Below, in pieces: positions 1-11,376 of a DNA stretch of 64,000 bases. The notes under the pieces were generated by a model. The model worked only from the letters and a program-made list of their open reading frames with translations, was not told where the DNA came from and did no database searches. The DNA is taken from the NCBI GenBank assembly GCA_002633005.1, contig NMRA01000591.1, positions 195,985 to 259,984 of the forward strand. Reading direction: 5' to 3'. The stretch is from Phoronis australis. Its lineage: Eukaryota > Animalia > Phoronida. Position 1 is the first letter of the stretch; each line of letters opens with the position of its first letter. The position numbers were made by a program, and so were the translations under genes.

Positions 1-1604
1 AACTTAGATGTCATAAATCAATAAGAAATAGGCTACAGTCTAGTTCAACAGAAGATAAACCAACATCAAGGCAGCAAGAGCGCTCAACAAAGGAACAGCG
101 TTATCAGAAAATCTCAAATAACTCAAAAAGTAGACGTCTTAGCGAAAAATGGAAAACATCTCCCGAAAGCCCGTTCAAAATTCTATCTTAACTGATGGTA
201 TCGTCTAATTCCGGAAATTTTTCGAAAACAAATGAAATTTTGCGTTTTTTTTAAGAAATTCAAAGTCAAATAACTCGAAAACGGTAAGTCTTTGAACCTT
301 AAAATGAAAACAAAATGGCTGCCACAGCCGCCATCTTGGATCCGATTTTGACGAAAAACAATAGGCTTCCAGTACTTCTGGAAGTACGTGTTATGTGTAA
401 ATTTCGTGATGATTGGACGAAAATTGCGACCTGTATCGTGCGAACAAACAAAAAAAATGAAAGCGCTCCGAGGAGCGAACCTTGGCGAAATTAACCAAAA
501 ATATGACGATAAAGATGATGACGAAGATGACGAATATGACGAAGATGGTGGCGAGGATGAACAAAAGAAGTAATAATGACATACACATGACGAACGTAGA
601 AGTCCGAAATCAGAAAGAAAAAGACTAGTCTTGAGCGGCACTTGGTGAAATTAAGGAAAAGACGGAGATGATGACGAAGATGATGACGATGATGACGAAT
701 ATGATGATGGTGGTGGCGATGATGAACAACATCACAACATTCATTTGACGAACTTAGATGTCATAAATCAATAAGAAATAGGCTACAGTCTAGTTCAATA
801 GAAGATAAACCAACATCAATGCAGCAAGAGCGCTCAACAAAGGAACAGCGTTATTATAAAATCTCAAATAACTCAAAAAGTAGACGTCCTAGCGAAAAAT
901 GGAAAACATCTTCTGAAAGCCCGTTTGAAATTCTATTTAAACTGATGGTATCGCCTAATTCCGTAAATTTTTCGAAAAAAATGAAATTTTGCGTTTTTTT
1001 AGAAATTTAAAGTCAGATAGCTCAAAAACGGTAAGTCTGAGAAAAAATTGTTATAATTCGTTTGAAAGAATATACCTTAGAGGATCCACATGCAAAAATT
1101 CACGTCATATTCTGCTCTCGTTTAAATGGCACCCAAGTACGACTGAAAATAGGTCAACATACGTTAGAACCGCCATCTTGAAAGCAACTTCCGGTTTTTT
1201 GGCTTTGTATACTAGCATGTCATAAGAAACTAATACTTGTAAACATGCGAAGGAATTGGTCCCATAATGCGCCCTCTACGGGAGAAAAAGTTTTTAGCCC
1301 AAAATCGAGGTGCGCATGCGCGATTGCCGATATTTCCGCCATCTTTAACCGGAAGTAAACAATTTCCAGCATATATGTAGTGCACATCCGGGCCATTCAT
1401 TGTGCTGATTTTCAGCTCTGTACGTAAAAAATTGTAGCCTCCAGAAGCCTTTGAATCTTAAAATGAAAACAAAATGGCCGCCACAGCCGCCATCTTGGAT
1501 CCAATTTTGACGAAAAACAATAGGCTTTCAGTACTTACGGAAGTACGTGTTATGTGTAAATTTCGCGAAAATTGCGACCTGTATCGTGCAAACAAACAAA
1601 AAAA
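1..1604. repeat. Tandemly duplicated repeat unit (satellite-like or non-autonomous TE); first copy internally deleted
   Basis: 1-288 is nearly identical to 751-1037, and 289-455 to about 1449-1604. The ~410 bp at 1038-1448 is missing from the first copy. Contains AAAATGGC(C/T)GCC...GCCATCTTGGAT motifs common in invertebrate repeats. Confidence 0.85.
500..730 (+). repeat. Low-complexity (GAT/GAC/GAA)n trinucleotide tracts, two related blocks
   Basis: gatgatgacgaagatgacgaatatgac at about 514-540 and gatgatgacgaagatgatgacgatgatgacgaatatgatgatggtggtggcgatgatg at about 667-724; each block is preceded by CTTGG(C/T)GAAATTAA. Confidence 0.8.
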
Positions 1605-1718
1605 AACTTAGTGGGAGAGCAACATACTTGCCGAAATTTATTTCGCCAAGTAACAAACTTAGTGACAGAGCAGCATACTTGGCGAAATTTTTATACAAAC
1701 TTAGTGGAAGAGCAATGT
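1604..1718. repeat. Short tandem repeat, about 3 copies of a 40-50 bp unit
   Basis: AAACTTAGTG..AGAGCA.CATACTTG.CGAAATTT repeated at about 1604, 1656 and 1698 (last copy partial). Confidence 0.75.
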
Positions 1719-2753
1719 ATTTTCGTTCTGCTCACTCCGACCCCTTTGACTGGTGAGCCGTCGTTGCTATCGTGGAGTGACACGCATGCATGGCAAGTAA
1801 TGATTACTGAAAATACTGCGGCTGCTTATATCTCTACTATATATATATGCGTTTCACTGGTAATGCCTTAAGACAAGTCCGTGAAATTACATAAACACTC
1901 ATTTTGTCACAATGCTGTTAAGCCTATCTGCTCCTTTTCAATCTATTCATTAATTACAGTACATGGCGTTTTCGATTTTCTGCTGTTCCTATGTAGCACT
2001 TCATTTTCCACCGACTCAAAGCTCTAGAGGAAAGTTTTAGATGAAAATTTCCTTATCTGCCAGGTTGAATGTACTCTCAGCGTAAGCGCCATTAAATGAA
2101 AAACGTTAGCTTTGTAACCCCATGATCGTCCACTGACTGTTTGACGACTAGGTTAAAGCCAATTTAGACTCAATTTAGATAAATGTACACAAGGCAAAAG
2201 TTGAATGACTGACTATCACATTACTAACTTAAGCCACAGCGTGCAGGTGTACCCCTATAGGTGCATAATTGTTTGCAAATTCGTTTTGAAATCTCGAACC
2301 AACTGATTCAATTCTTTGTATCTCTAATAAAGACAGGGCTGTTTTGTTTAACCCGACATTGATTAATCCAAACCATAAGTAAATAATTTAAAAGGGGAGT
2401 TGTTATTTTGGCCTTGGAATCAAACTGGGAACAAATTTATTTAAGCGAGGATCAGATTAGTTACTTCCGTTTTTGAAATTTCATTGCAGGAGTGAATAGT
2501 TTATCACCGTTTTTTAGAGTTCTGATTCGCTACAAATGCTAAACAAAGTTCTGAAATGTCACAATAATCACTGGAAATGTTATTTCTGGAAACAAACAGC
2601 TGATCCAAGGAAACAAAACACACTGCAATATTAAAAGTGCATATTAGGTAGAGGTCGCAGTGCGCCAAACTACTGTTCTCACGACTAAGCAAAAAGACAC
2701 AACGTTGTTTCTGCTTGTTACAGCACTTAGTTACGGTTTGTTCTCTATTGCAG

Positions 2754-2930
2754 GATGTCTTGCGTTCATCCTTAACACGGCAATTATTGTCCGAGTTCTA
2801 CGCCTGCGAAAACCCATTTATTTCGACAAACAATCGTGCAGTTTAGCTGTCTCAGACCTCTTGGAAACGAGTCTGTTTCTTCTGGAGATCCCCTGTCGTC
2901 TTGTTCACGGCTGGATGTACACAGACATAG
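2754..2930 (+). CDS. Opsin (peropsin/retinochrome-like) exon A: TM1 C-half, TM2, ECL1
   Basis: Acceptor ttctctattgcag|GA, with an alternative in-frame acceptor ttgttacag|C at 2724; donor ATAG|gtataa; phase 1-1. Translates GCLAFILNTAIIVRVLRLRKPIYFDKQSCSLAVSDLLETSLFLLEIPCRLVHGWMYTDIG with class A GPCR TM1 Asn, LAxxD and ECL1 Trp. Joins in frame to 14466. Confidence 0.85.
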
Positions 2931-3189
2931 GTATAACGAAGTTAATTACTCCTTTGATTAGTGCGGCTTTTTGTCACTTTGCTGTAACTGACAACAGCTG
3001 CTCCCATTATTTTCAGAACAATGCTATCACGAAGCAGTAGAACTGATGCGCAGAGATGTTCCAATGTTATTTGGAAAAAGTGCTTAATTCATGTAACCAT
3101 TTTATGTGCCCACATAGACATTTTATGTGGTTGCATATCGCCCTCTTATCTGTCGAGGCATGCGGCGTCCCTCGTCCGGCTTGCAATTT

Positions 3190-3191
3190 GT

Positions 3192-3239
<48 letters not shown>

Positions 3240-3245
3240 TGTGTT
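3190..3245. repeat. (GT)n microsatellite
   Basis: About 25 GT units with a few TT interruptions. Confidence 0.97.
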
Positions 3246-3306
3246 TCTGCACGAATACGTGATTGATGTGACCACGAATGACGTCAACATTTGGACTGAT
3301 CCTACG

Positions 3307-6039
3307 TAGTCTAGTAGCCAGGAATAGGCACCATGAAATTCTTGGTGGTTTAAGGTTTTTCGTTTGTTTCGGGCCAAGGTGCGCCTCGTGAAGCATTTTA
3401 CCTGGGTTGTAAACTTGAAAAACCTGCGCATTTTTCAATTATGTAAATTAACTCCAACGTTAAGCAAAATTCTTTTTCTGCTCATAACTTCCATACCAAG
3501 CATTGCAAGTCGATTAGTTTGATGTTTTCAGTTATGTTTCTATGGTCAGTGAATATAATGGAGCTAGTTTGGAGGTGTATACATCAATAATTTACATAAA
3601 CTATGCACATTGAGGCAGCCTTGATGAAAATTCTTCTTGTGCTCAAAGCTATGGCATCAGCAACTAAAGACAATTTATATTGTTTGTTACACGCATGTTT
3701 GGACAGTGAATTGATTGGAGCTACTCTGACAAGTGATGCGTAGAAAATTTGCATAAATTTTGTAAATTGAGGCAGCCATTATTAAAAATTTTATTTGTGC
3801 TTTTCATGGCTGTAGTATCACAAGTAAATTATATTGTTAATTGTACCCTTGTTTCCGTAATCAATTAATTTAGTGAATTAAGTTCACAGGTTGTTGCATG
3901 ACCAATGCTTATAATTTATGCCTATAAGAGACACAATAACTTTAAACTTCTGTTTCTGCTCATAACTTCATTACGGTGCGCTACATGTAGATTATTCTAC
4001 ACCGGGTTCTTACGAATGACCGCATTAATTATAAAAAACGTCTTTCTAAAAGTATTCATAACGGGACTTCAGTATCTTCTATATAACAAAATCTGAAGCA
4101 GACAACGTGGTTCAGTTGACAGCATCGATTTGTGGCGTTCATAATTTGACCCAAGACGCAGGTGCTGTCTTGCAGTGTGAAGGCACACATTGCATTAACG
4201 AAATTTAGGAATACGGTTTAGGAATCTATATGGAGGTACTAAAATTATCAGATGCAGGTCCCTATTAATTAATAATTAGCTTTTCACTCAGGTTCTTAAC
4301 TCATGCCTTCATTTCAATTTTAAAGAGAGTCGTTAAATGAAGTCACACTGTTTTTTTCGAGTTTCAGGAAGTAGATATTTGTTATTCTCCCAGCCGGCGT
4401 CTGTTCATCCACTGGAAGTCTTCTTCAAAATCCCACTCTCGTTTCTAAGCCCTGGTTCAATCTCATGGAAGCTCAGCAGAAAAGACGAGTCTTTCATGAA
4501 AAGCTTGCGTAAACAAGGTTCTTGTTTTGCCAGAAAACGTAAAATCAAACGATGTAATCATTAATGCTATGAAATCATTCCATATCAGGCACCTAAGACA
4601 TAGAAAAACACAAGAGTGGCGACAGTCAGTGAAGTTGTGACCAAAATGCTTAATAAATAAATTAGGTTACTGGTAGGTACCTCTTAAAATGGCCTACATA
4701 GGCTTTTTCAACGCAAAACATTGCTGCACACCACCTGTCAGAGCAGAAAAAATTATTTGATCCCAGCAGAGCAGCAAGTAAATTGGTATGTATTCCTTTA
4801 CGTCTCTTGTTATTGTAAACTCCAGAGCACCGGAGGAAGTCCTTTGTATGACTAATTTTTGCTTGTGCAATTTTTAAAAACTAAAAGATGTCTTTAGAAA
4901 CAACAAAGTCAGTAAATTAATAATTTGTTTTATTTACATTCACATTGAAACCCAACTGTCTAACTTTGACACCTCGAATTTTTTGGATGACACTGTAAAT
5001 TTAAACGCTTGTACAAATACTTGGTGTTGAAAAGCCACGATTTAGTTTAAATGTTGAGCAACTTATTTACTTGATTTTATAACTGCCTTTGAAACATTTG
5101 ATACTTTCATAGAAAAATCAAGAAAATAAATCGTGTATCCAGCATTTTCAATGCCTGTGTCAAGTTTAGGGATTCGAATTTGGTGATTTGGTGGATGCTG
5201 GGCCGGGACTGGAGTTTAGAGTGATTGTAACTGGAACGTAGAAGCGCATGCTGAGACGGTGTTTCAGCCCCTTGGTGACATGGTGGTAATTGACTGAACG
5301 CTGTCCTGTGGAAAAACAAAACCTACATGAATCGCGGAAAAATTTAATAACTTGCATTTGATTTACATGCATAATTTGTACCTGCGTTACTTGTATCTGT
5401 TAGGGGGAGTATATAAAATAAATAATGGCACCTGCAGTTTCATGAGTTTCATATATTTATGATGTTATATCTAGCAAACTGATTTGATTAAATTGATTGA
5501 CCTCGAAAACATGGGTGTAAATATCAAGGTGTTTTACATGAAGGGCCTCTTATGGCAGTCACGAGTACTAACAGAATTTGTATTACTGTGGCCATTATTT
5601 GCATAAATTGTGCAAGTTTGTCATGCATCAGCTTGCACGCTGAATTATTTAAATTAAATAACCATAGAAACAATATATAAAATATCCACGTAATTTACCT
5701 GTTTTACTTATTATCCTAACGCAAGTAGGTTTTTGAAAGTTAGAAAATTTAACTTGCCTAAATCATGCAAATTCACTATAAATCCACTTGCAAAACCAGC
5801 CCCATTGAATTCAATGATCTTGCAAACATAGGCAAAAATAATATACCCGTGGTACTTGGAAAGGGTGTTATAAGCAAAAACAAATTTTTGCTTAATGGCG
5901 GCTTAATTTGCATATTTGACGACGTTCGAAGTTTCACAACCCATCTAAAATGATTCGTGGGAGCACTTCTAAATTAAACATTAAAAAGATTATACTACCA
6001 CGAGTTTTTATGGAGACCCTAAGGGTGGCCACTAGGCTA
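3307..6039. mobile_element. Non-autonomous DNA transposon with imperfect TIRs (Academ-like TAG...CTA ends) and degenerate internal ~155 bp repeats
   Basis: Left end TAGTCTAGTAGCCA..TAGG..CCATGAAA..TGGT resembles the reverse complement of the right end TAGCCTAGTGGCCA..TAGG..CCATAAAA..TGGT. Internal repeat TT(A/G)CATAAA...ATTGAGGCAGCC...AAAATT..TTGTGCT at about 3592 and 3749. TSD unclear. Confidence 0.45.
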
Positions 6040-6145
6040 TGTCACTGGGTCTCCTTAACAATGGTAGCTATGTGTACGCTTACCTCTGTATCTTTCGAGT
6101 TTTTAGACACTAAGGTTTCATGAAGTTTTGCAAGTAAACATGTTT

Positions 6146-6860
6146 TGTCGGAATGTCGACTGCCAATGTTGTAGTTGTATTGTTTTGTTTTGTTATTATG
6201 ATTGATTGTCATGACCCCTGATTAGTACAGTGATGATGTAATTTGTTTACTACAGAATAATATGGAACTTTCTAGAAGACTCTAGCATGACAGTGATTAA
6301 TGCAGTCTGGAATATTCTAGAATACATGTTTGTCATGCTATGAACATTCCCATTAAATAAGATTGGTTCTAACCCCAGTGGTTAAGGTAAACGGTGGAGT
6401 ATGGAAAATTGAACTAGACCGTATTTATCCACCTTGGCTGAGTCGCGCTCGGCTCACGATCAAAGGGATGCCGCCAAGCTGCTCTAGTCATCGAGTCACG
6501 AGCGAGGATAATTGGCTTCGCTCATGCGGATATGATCAGCTGATTACAATCTAGCTAGCAGACTGTACTTTTTATGGAGAGAGTTTTACGTAGTTTTTAC
6601 TGCAATATTTGAAAAGAGGAGCGAAACCAAATATGAGTACAACTTTGAATTTTTCAAATCGGCCCAGGATAAGAGATTTTGCAACACAGCAACACTCACG
6701 ATTACTTTCATTCGGCGCGCACTAATACAAAAGTATAGGACCCAAGTTATTTGGATTTTGGAACACATGCATTGCAATATTCAAAATACGTTTATTATGA
6801 ATCTTACAAGCTGTAAAACGACGTTGTTAATTTCTCCCACACAAGGGGAAAAACGTGGCA
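6146..6860 (+). repeat. 5' LTR (interior not homologous to the 3' LTR)
   Basis: 6146-6333 aligns with 10726-10911. The end CCCACACAAGGGGAAAAACGTGGCA matches the 3' LTR end CCCACACACGGGGAAAAACTTGACA. Confidence 0.85.
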
Positions 6861-6862
6861 AC

Positions 6863-6880
6863 TGGGGGACCCGCAAGGAG
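6863..6880 (+). promoter_or_regulatory. Putative primer-binding site (tRNA-Pro-like, degenerate)
   Basis: TGGGGGACCCGCAAGG lies 2 nt after the LTR end and resembles the TGGGGGCTCGTCCGGG tRNA-Pro PBS. Confidence 0.5.
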
Positions 6881-6935
6881 TTTACTGACGATAACAAGGT
6901 GTGATAAAGTGGACTGTTCGAATTATCGACTCACT

Positions 6936-7960
6936 ATGAAGACAAGATCTCAACTAAGAGATTTGATGGCCCTCGGACAAGAAATGGGTCTGCAAGGAGA
7001 CAATCTCAAACAGATTATTGAACAACAACAAGCTGAGTCTCGTGCTGAGGCTGAAGCTGAGGCGGAGGAGAGAAGGCAGGCGCAAGAGGATGAGGCGGAG
7101 GAGAGAAGGCAGGCGCAAGAGGATGAGGCGGATTAGAGAAGGCAAGCTCGTGCGGCTGAAGGAAGGGCGCTTGAGGCCGAGGAGAGGAGGCAAGCCAGCG
7201 AAGCTGAACAGCAGATGGAGAGAGAAAAAATGGAACACGAGAGGGCGCTAACAGCACTTAAAGCTGAACATGTTGCAGCAGAAGGTAACCATACTAGGCC
7301 AACTGATGGCGTAAAACCGATGCTACCCAAGTTTGATGAAAAGCAGGACGGTATGGACAACTTCCTGGAAAGGTTTGAAAGATATGCAGAGAGCCAAGGT
7401 TGGACCCAGAGTGAATGGGCAAGTAGTCTCAGTCTCCTGTTAACAGGTAAAGGCCTGCAGGTTTATACCAGCCTCCCAATGGCTTATGCACTAGTTTATG
7501 CTACACTCAAGAGAGCCTTGCTGAAGAGTTATGAACTGACTGAAGAGGGTTTTGGCAGACAGTTCCGGGAAGCGAGGGCTGAGGAGGGCGAGACAACATT
7601 CCAGTTCGTGGCACGCATACAGCGTTACCTAGACAGGTGGATCGACGTGTCCGACTGTGGCAAAGACTTTGCTGAGTTGAGAGACTTGTTACTGCGGGAC
7701 CAGTACGTTAACACCTGTACTAAGGACTTGGCCTTGTTCCTGCGAGAGCGGACAACCAAGACTGTGCCAGAGATGGTGAGTTTAGCAGAGACATATATTG
7801 AGTCTCATGGAGTGGATATAACGAGCACCCTGTGGAAAAATCCCAACAACGACCAGTCAAGACTGACAACCAGAGAGTCGACCAGAAGAAAACTGACCTC
7901 GCAGAGGAAAGGTGTTTGTTCTGTCACAAAACTGGACACCTGGCTAGAGACTGTCGGAAT
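6936..7960 (+). pseudogene. gag (coiled-coil repeats, SCAN-like capsid C-domain, CCHC knuckle), disrupted
   Basis: Starts MKTRSQLRDLMALGQEMGLQG; 33-bp EDEAEERRQAQ repeats; in-frame TAG at 7134-7136; LPKFDE..DNFLERFERYA..W..LLTGK..YELTEEGF..FR; frameshifted RCLFCHKTGHLARDCR at about 7910-7957. Confidence 0.9.
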
Positions 7961-8069
7961 CGGACACAAGAGATGCAACACCAAAAGTCAGCAGCGGTCA
8001 ACCACTGAGGTTCCCAGAGGAAAGAACATTTGGTGAAGCGTGCTCACCCTGAACGCGCCTTCAAAGGAA

Positions 8070-10385
8070 AGCTGCGTCTGAAGGAGGGGAGTGTTGGCTC
8101 GAAGAAGGTCTCAGTGTTCGGAGACACAGGCTGCACAACCATCGTGGTTCGATCCAGTCTACTCGAACCAGGAGATAGAACCTGCCAGAAGTGGTCATGC
8201 GAGTTGGCGGACTTAACCAAGAGATGGCTGCCTGTGGCAAAGATCAACATCAAGACACTGTACTACACAGTAGAAATGTTTGCGCTGTGTATGGAGCGTC
8301 CAGTGGTCGATTTGATTATTGGGGACGTACCTGGCGCCTTGGACCCAGGGGATGTTGAGCGACAGCAGAGGGAAACTAGTGTCAACTAGAACAATACAGG
8401 CAATAGCATTGTGGAGGGTCCGAAAGATGGCTCTCAAAAGGGTACTACTTCTCAAGAGGAGAAACCAGTGACCTCAACTCCAGAGGGAGAAGAGGTGACC
8501 GACATGTCGGTAGGAACAGATCCTCATGAATCCAGCAGGGAAACGGTAGTAATGACAACNTCAAATTAGCCGGTGGAGCGTGAGACCCCTGAGGTCCCAA
8601 TCGAGTCCTCACGACAACTTCGCGTTATGAGTCTACTCGAACCAGGAGATAGAACCTGCCAGAAGTGGTCATGCGAGTTGGCGGACTTAACCAAGAGATG
8701 GCTGCCTGTGGCAAAGATCAACATCAAGACACTGTACTACACAGTAGAAATGTTTGCGCTGCGTATGGAGCGTCCAGTGGTCGATTTGATTATTGGGGAC
8801 GTACATGTACCTGGCGCCTTGGACCCAGGGGATGTTGAGCGACAGCAGAGGGAAACTAGTGTCAACTAGAACAATACAGGCAATAGCATTGTGGAGGGTC
8901 CGAAAGATGGCTCTCAAAAGGGTACTACTTCTCAAGAGGAGAAACCAGTGACCTCAACTCCAGAGGGAGAAGAGGTGACCGACATGTCGGTAGGAACAGA
9001 TCCTCATGAATCCAGCAGGGAAACGGTAGTAATGACAACCAGGGCTCAAGCACAGCTACAAAAAGCGGACATTGAACCGTTAGCTGTATCTCCGACCAAA
9101 CAAGAAGTGGGACTAAAGCAGTTCAAGGAAGCCCAGCATGAAGACTCAGCAATGAAAATCTGTGGGAGCAAGCTGAAGCCAAGGTTAAGCAACAGACCAA
9201 AGGCAAGGGGACATACGTGATAGGGATTCAGAGAGGAATACTCTATCGTATATTCAACAAGAAGGACGTTGACGACGTGAAACAAGTTGTCGTGCCGAGC
9301 AGTTTAAAGACGTCCGTGATGAGGCTTGCTTATGAGTGTATACTCGGTGGACACTTCGGTGTTAGGAAGACAACTGACCGTATCACCAGCAACTTCTATT
9401 GACCATGAGTGACATCAGAAGTGGCCCGATTCTATAGATAATGCGACATCTGCCAGAAGACAATCCCTAAATGTCGTGTGACCAAGGTACCCCTGGGAGA
9501 GTTGCGTTTGATGGAGGAGCCTTTCAAAAGGATTGCAATCGATCTGATTGGCCCTATAGTTCCAGTTTCCGACAAGGGAAGCAGATACATTCTCACAGTG
9601 GTAGATTTTGCTGCCAGGTACATGTACCTAGAAGCTGTGGCGCTACCGAATATTGAGTCAGAGCGTGTAGTTGAAGGATTATTAGAAGTCTTCAGTAGAG
9701 TAGGGTTCCCACGAGAGTTCCTGAGTGATCGTGGAACGCAGTTCACAGCGGAACTGATGAAGGAGGTCAGCAAGCTTGTGAGTGCACAGCAGCGGTACAC
9801 AACCCTTTACAATCCACGCTGTAACGGGCTCTGTGAAAGAATCAACGGTGTTCTAAAAGCCATGGTGAAGAAGATGTGTCAAGAAAGACCAAAGTATTGG
9901 GACCGGTATCTGCCAGCTGTCCTGCTTGCTTACCGGGAAGTCCCGCAATCAAGCACAGGATTTTCACCCTTGGAGTTGTTATACGGCAGACAGTAAAAGG
10001 TTCTATGCAAATACTGAGCGAAATCTGGACTGGGAAAGACAGCAACGAAGTTCGTAATACTAAGTCTTCGAGCTCAGGAACCGCTCAGAGGAGACCTGCG
10101 GGTTGGCTAGAAAAAGTTTGTACACAACGTATTGACAAGCATTACTACGACAAGAAGGCCAGAGATATGCAGTTTCAAGTAGGACAAAGAGTGTTAGTAT
10201 TACTTCCCACAGACCACAACAAACTTACACTGCAGTGGAAGGGGCCTCACAAGGTTAAAGAAAAAGTCAACCGTATGGACTACAGAATCAACATGAACGG
10301 CAAGATTAAGATCTTTCATGCCAATCTGTTTAAGGCGTACCACGAACGCGATGGCCTAAATGAATTGAGCGGCATTAGTTTACTG
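8070..10385 (+). pseudogene. pol part 1: aspartic protease and integrase (Zn-binding, DDE core, C-terminal SH3-like), with stops and frameshifts
   Basis: GDTGCTT protease motif (about 8120); GHFGVRKT...CDIC Zn domain (about 9350-9455); PFKRIAIDLIGP...SDRGTQFT..M...YNPRCNGLCERIN; LQWKGPHKV...FHANLFK. Confidence 0.92.
8156..9039. repeat. Direct duplication (8156-8559 and 8630-9039) across an N at 8560
   Basis: 404-bp near-identical copies that differ by one T/C substitution and a 6-bp CATGTA insertion, separated by N plus 69 bp of unrelated sequence. Confidence 0.95.
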
Positions 10386-10387
10386 AA

Positions 10388-10610
10388 GAGAAAGAGTGTT
10401 TAGAGATAGTCTTCGCTGTCAAATGCTTTCAGTTTTATCTCTACGGGACGGAATTTGTGGTGCAAACAGATCACAAACCACTGGTTTGTAAGATTGAAAA
10501 TCCCAGAGTTATTCCATAGGCTGTAGTGCTGCAAAATTATAAAATTCATGTGGATGATATTCCAGGAAAAGCTACCAACCGTGCAGACTACTTAAGTCGA
10601 CTAGCAGAGC
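10388..10610 (+). pseudogene. RNase H C-terminal fragment downstream of integrase
   Basis: EKECLEIVFAVKCFQFYLYGTEFVVQTDHKPL...*...IPGKATNRADYLSRL, a Ty3/Gypsy RNase H motif set. Confidence 0.88.
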
Positions 10611-11340
10611 CTGCAAGTCAAGTAGCTCCTTAGAGACGGATACTGAGGCAGAAAGTTATGTATATATGCCAGATGATTTTGTGTTAGAGAATTATAAAGT
10701 AATTTTCTCTTTGGCAGGGGTGTGTTGTCAGAATGTAGACTGGCAATCTTTTTAGTTGTATTGTTTTGTTTTGTTGTTATGTATAATTGGCATGACCCCT
10801 GAGTGATTATGTAATTTGTTTACTACAGAATAGTATGGAACTTTCTAGACGACTCTAGCATGACAGTGAATAATGCAGTCTGGAATATTCTAGAGACTAG
10901 TACATGTTTGTAGAATGGTTGGGTAGATTAAGGAAGGTTCTAAAATGTGCTTGAATTAATGAAAAGTTGCAGAACAATGCATTAGGCTATTAATACACTA
11001 GCACGGTTTGTGTTAGTAAGATAATCAACAGTTCAAGAAAGTTAATCAGAGTTAATCATAAGAAAAGCAGATAATAAGTTAAAGAGTTGCAGTGAAGAGA
11101 ATCAGCAGTTACAGCGATAGTCAATAGAGAGCCATCTTTAGAGACAGCAGGTCGTTATTGAATCAACGAGTGTAACTGTTGCTGAACGTGTCTCAGAAGT
11201 TTATCACAAGCCAAGGGTTGGAAGCACTGGCTGGAGCATAAAACAGACATTACGACGGACGTTTTGTTTGAGTAGCTTTGTGAACGTGCGGTCGGGATTA
11301 ATAAAGGATTTCGAAGTCTAAAACTAGCGCAGAAGTAAAT

Positions 11341-11376
11341 AACGTTTCGGTTTAGTTCATTAAACCATTCTCAAGG
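11341..11376 (-). ncRNA. Hammerhead-ribozyme-like motif at the Penelope 3' end
   Basis: Minus strand reads CTTGAGAAT-GGTTTA atgaac TAAACC-GAAAC-GTT: a perfect 6-bp stem II flanked by variant CUGANGA and GAAAC cores. No stem I partner is visible. Confidence 0.55.

Noticed and set aside
183-641. Ser-rich and Asp/Glu-rich ORFs (183-641 minus, 388-573 plus)
   Set aside because: Products of trinucleotide low-complexity sequence inside a repeat; no gene structure.
1604-1718. Short direct repeats resembling a CRISPR array
   Set aside because: Only three degenerate units, no unique spacers, no cas genes, eukaryotic context.
3021-3438. Cluster of CV/HT-repeat ORFs
   Set aside because: Translations of the (GT)n microsatellite.
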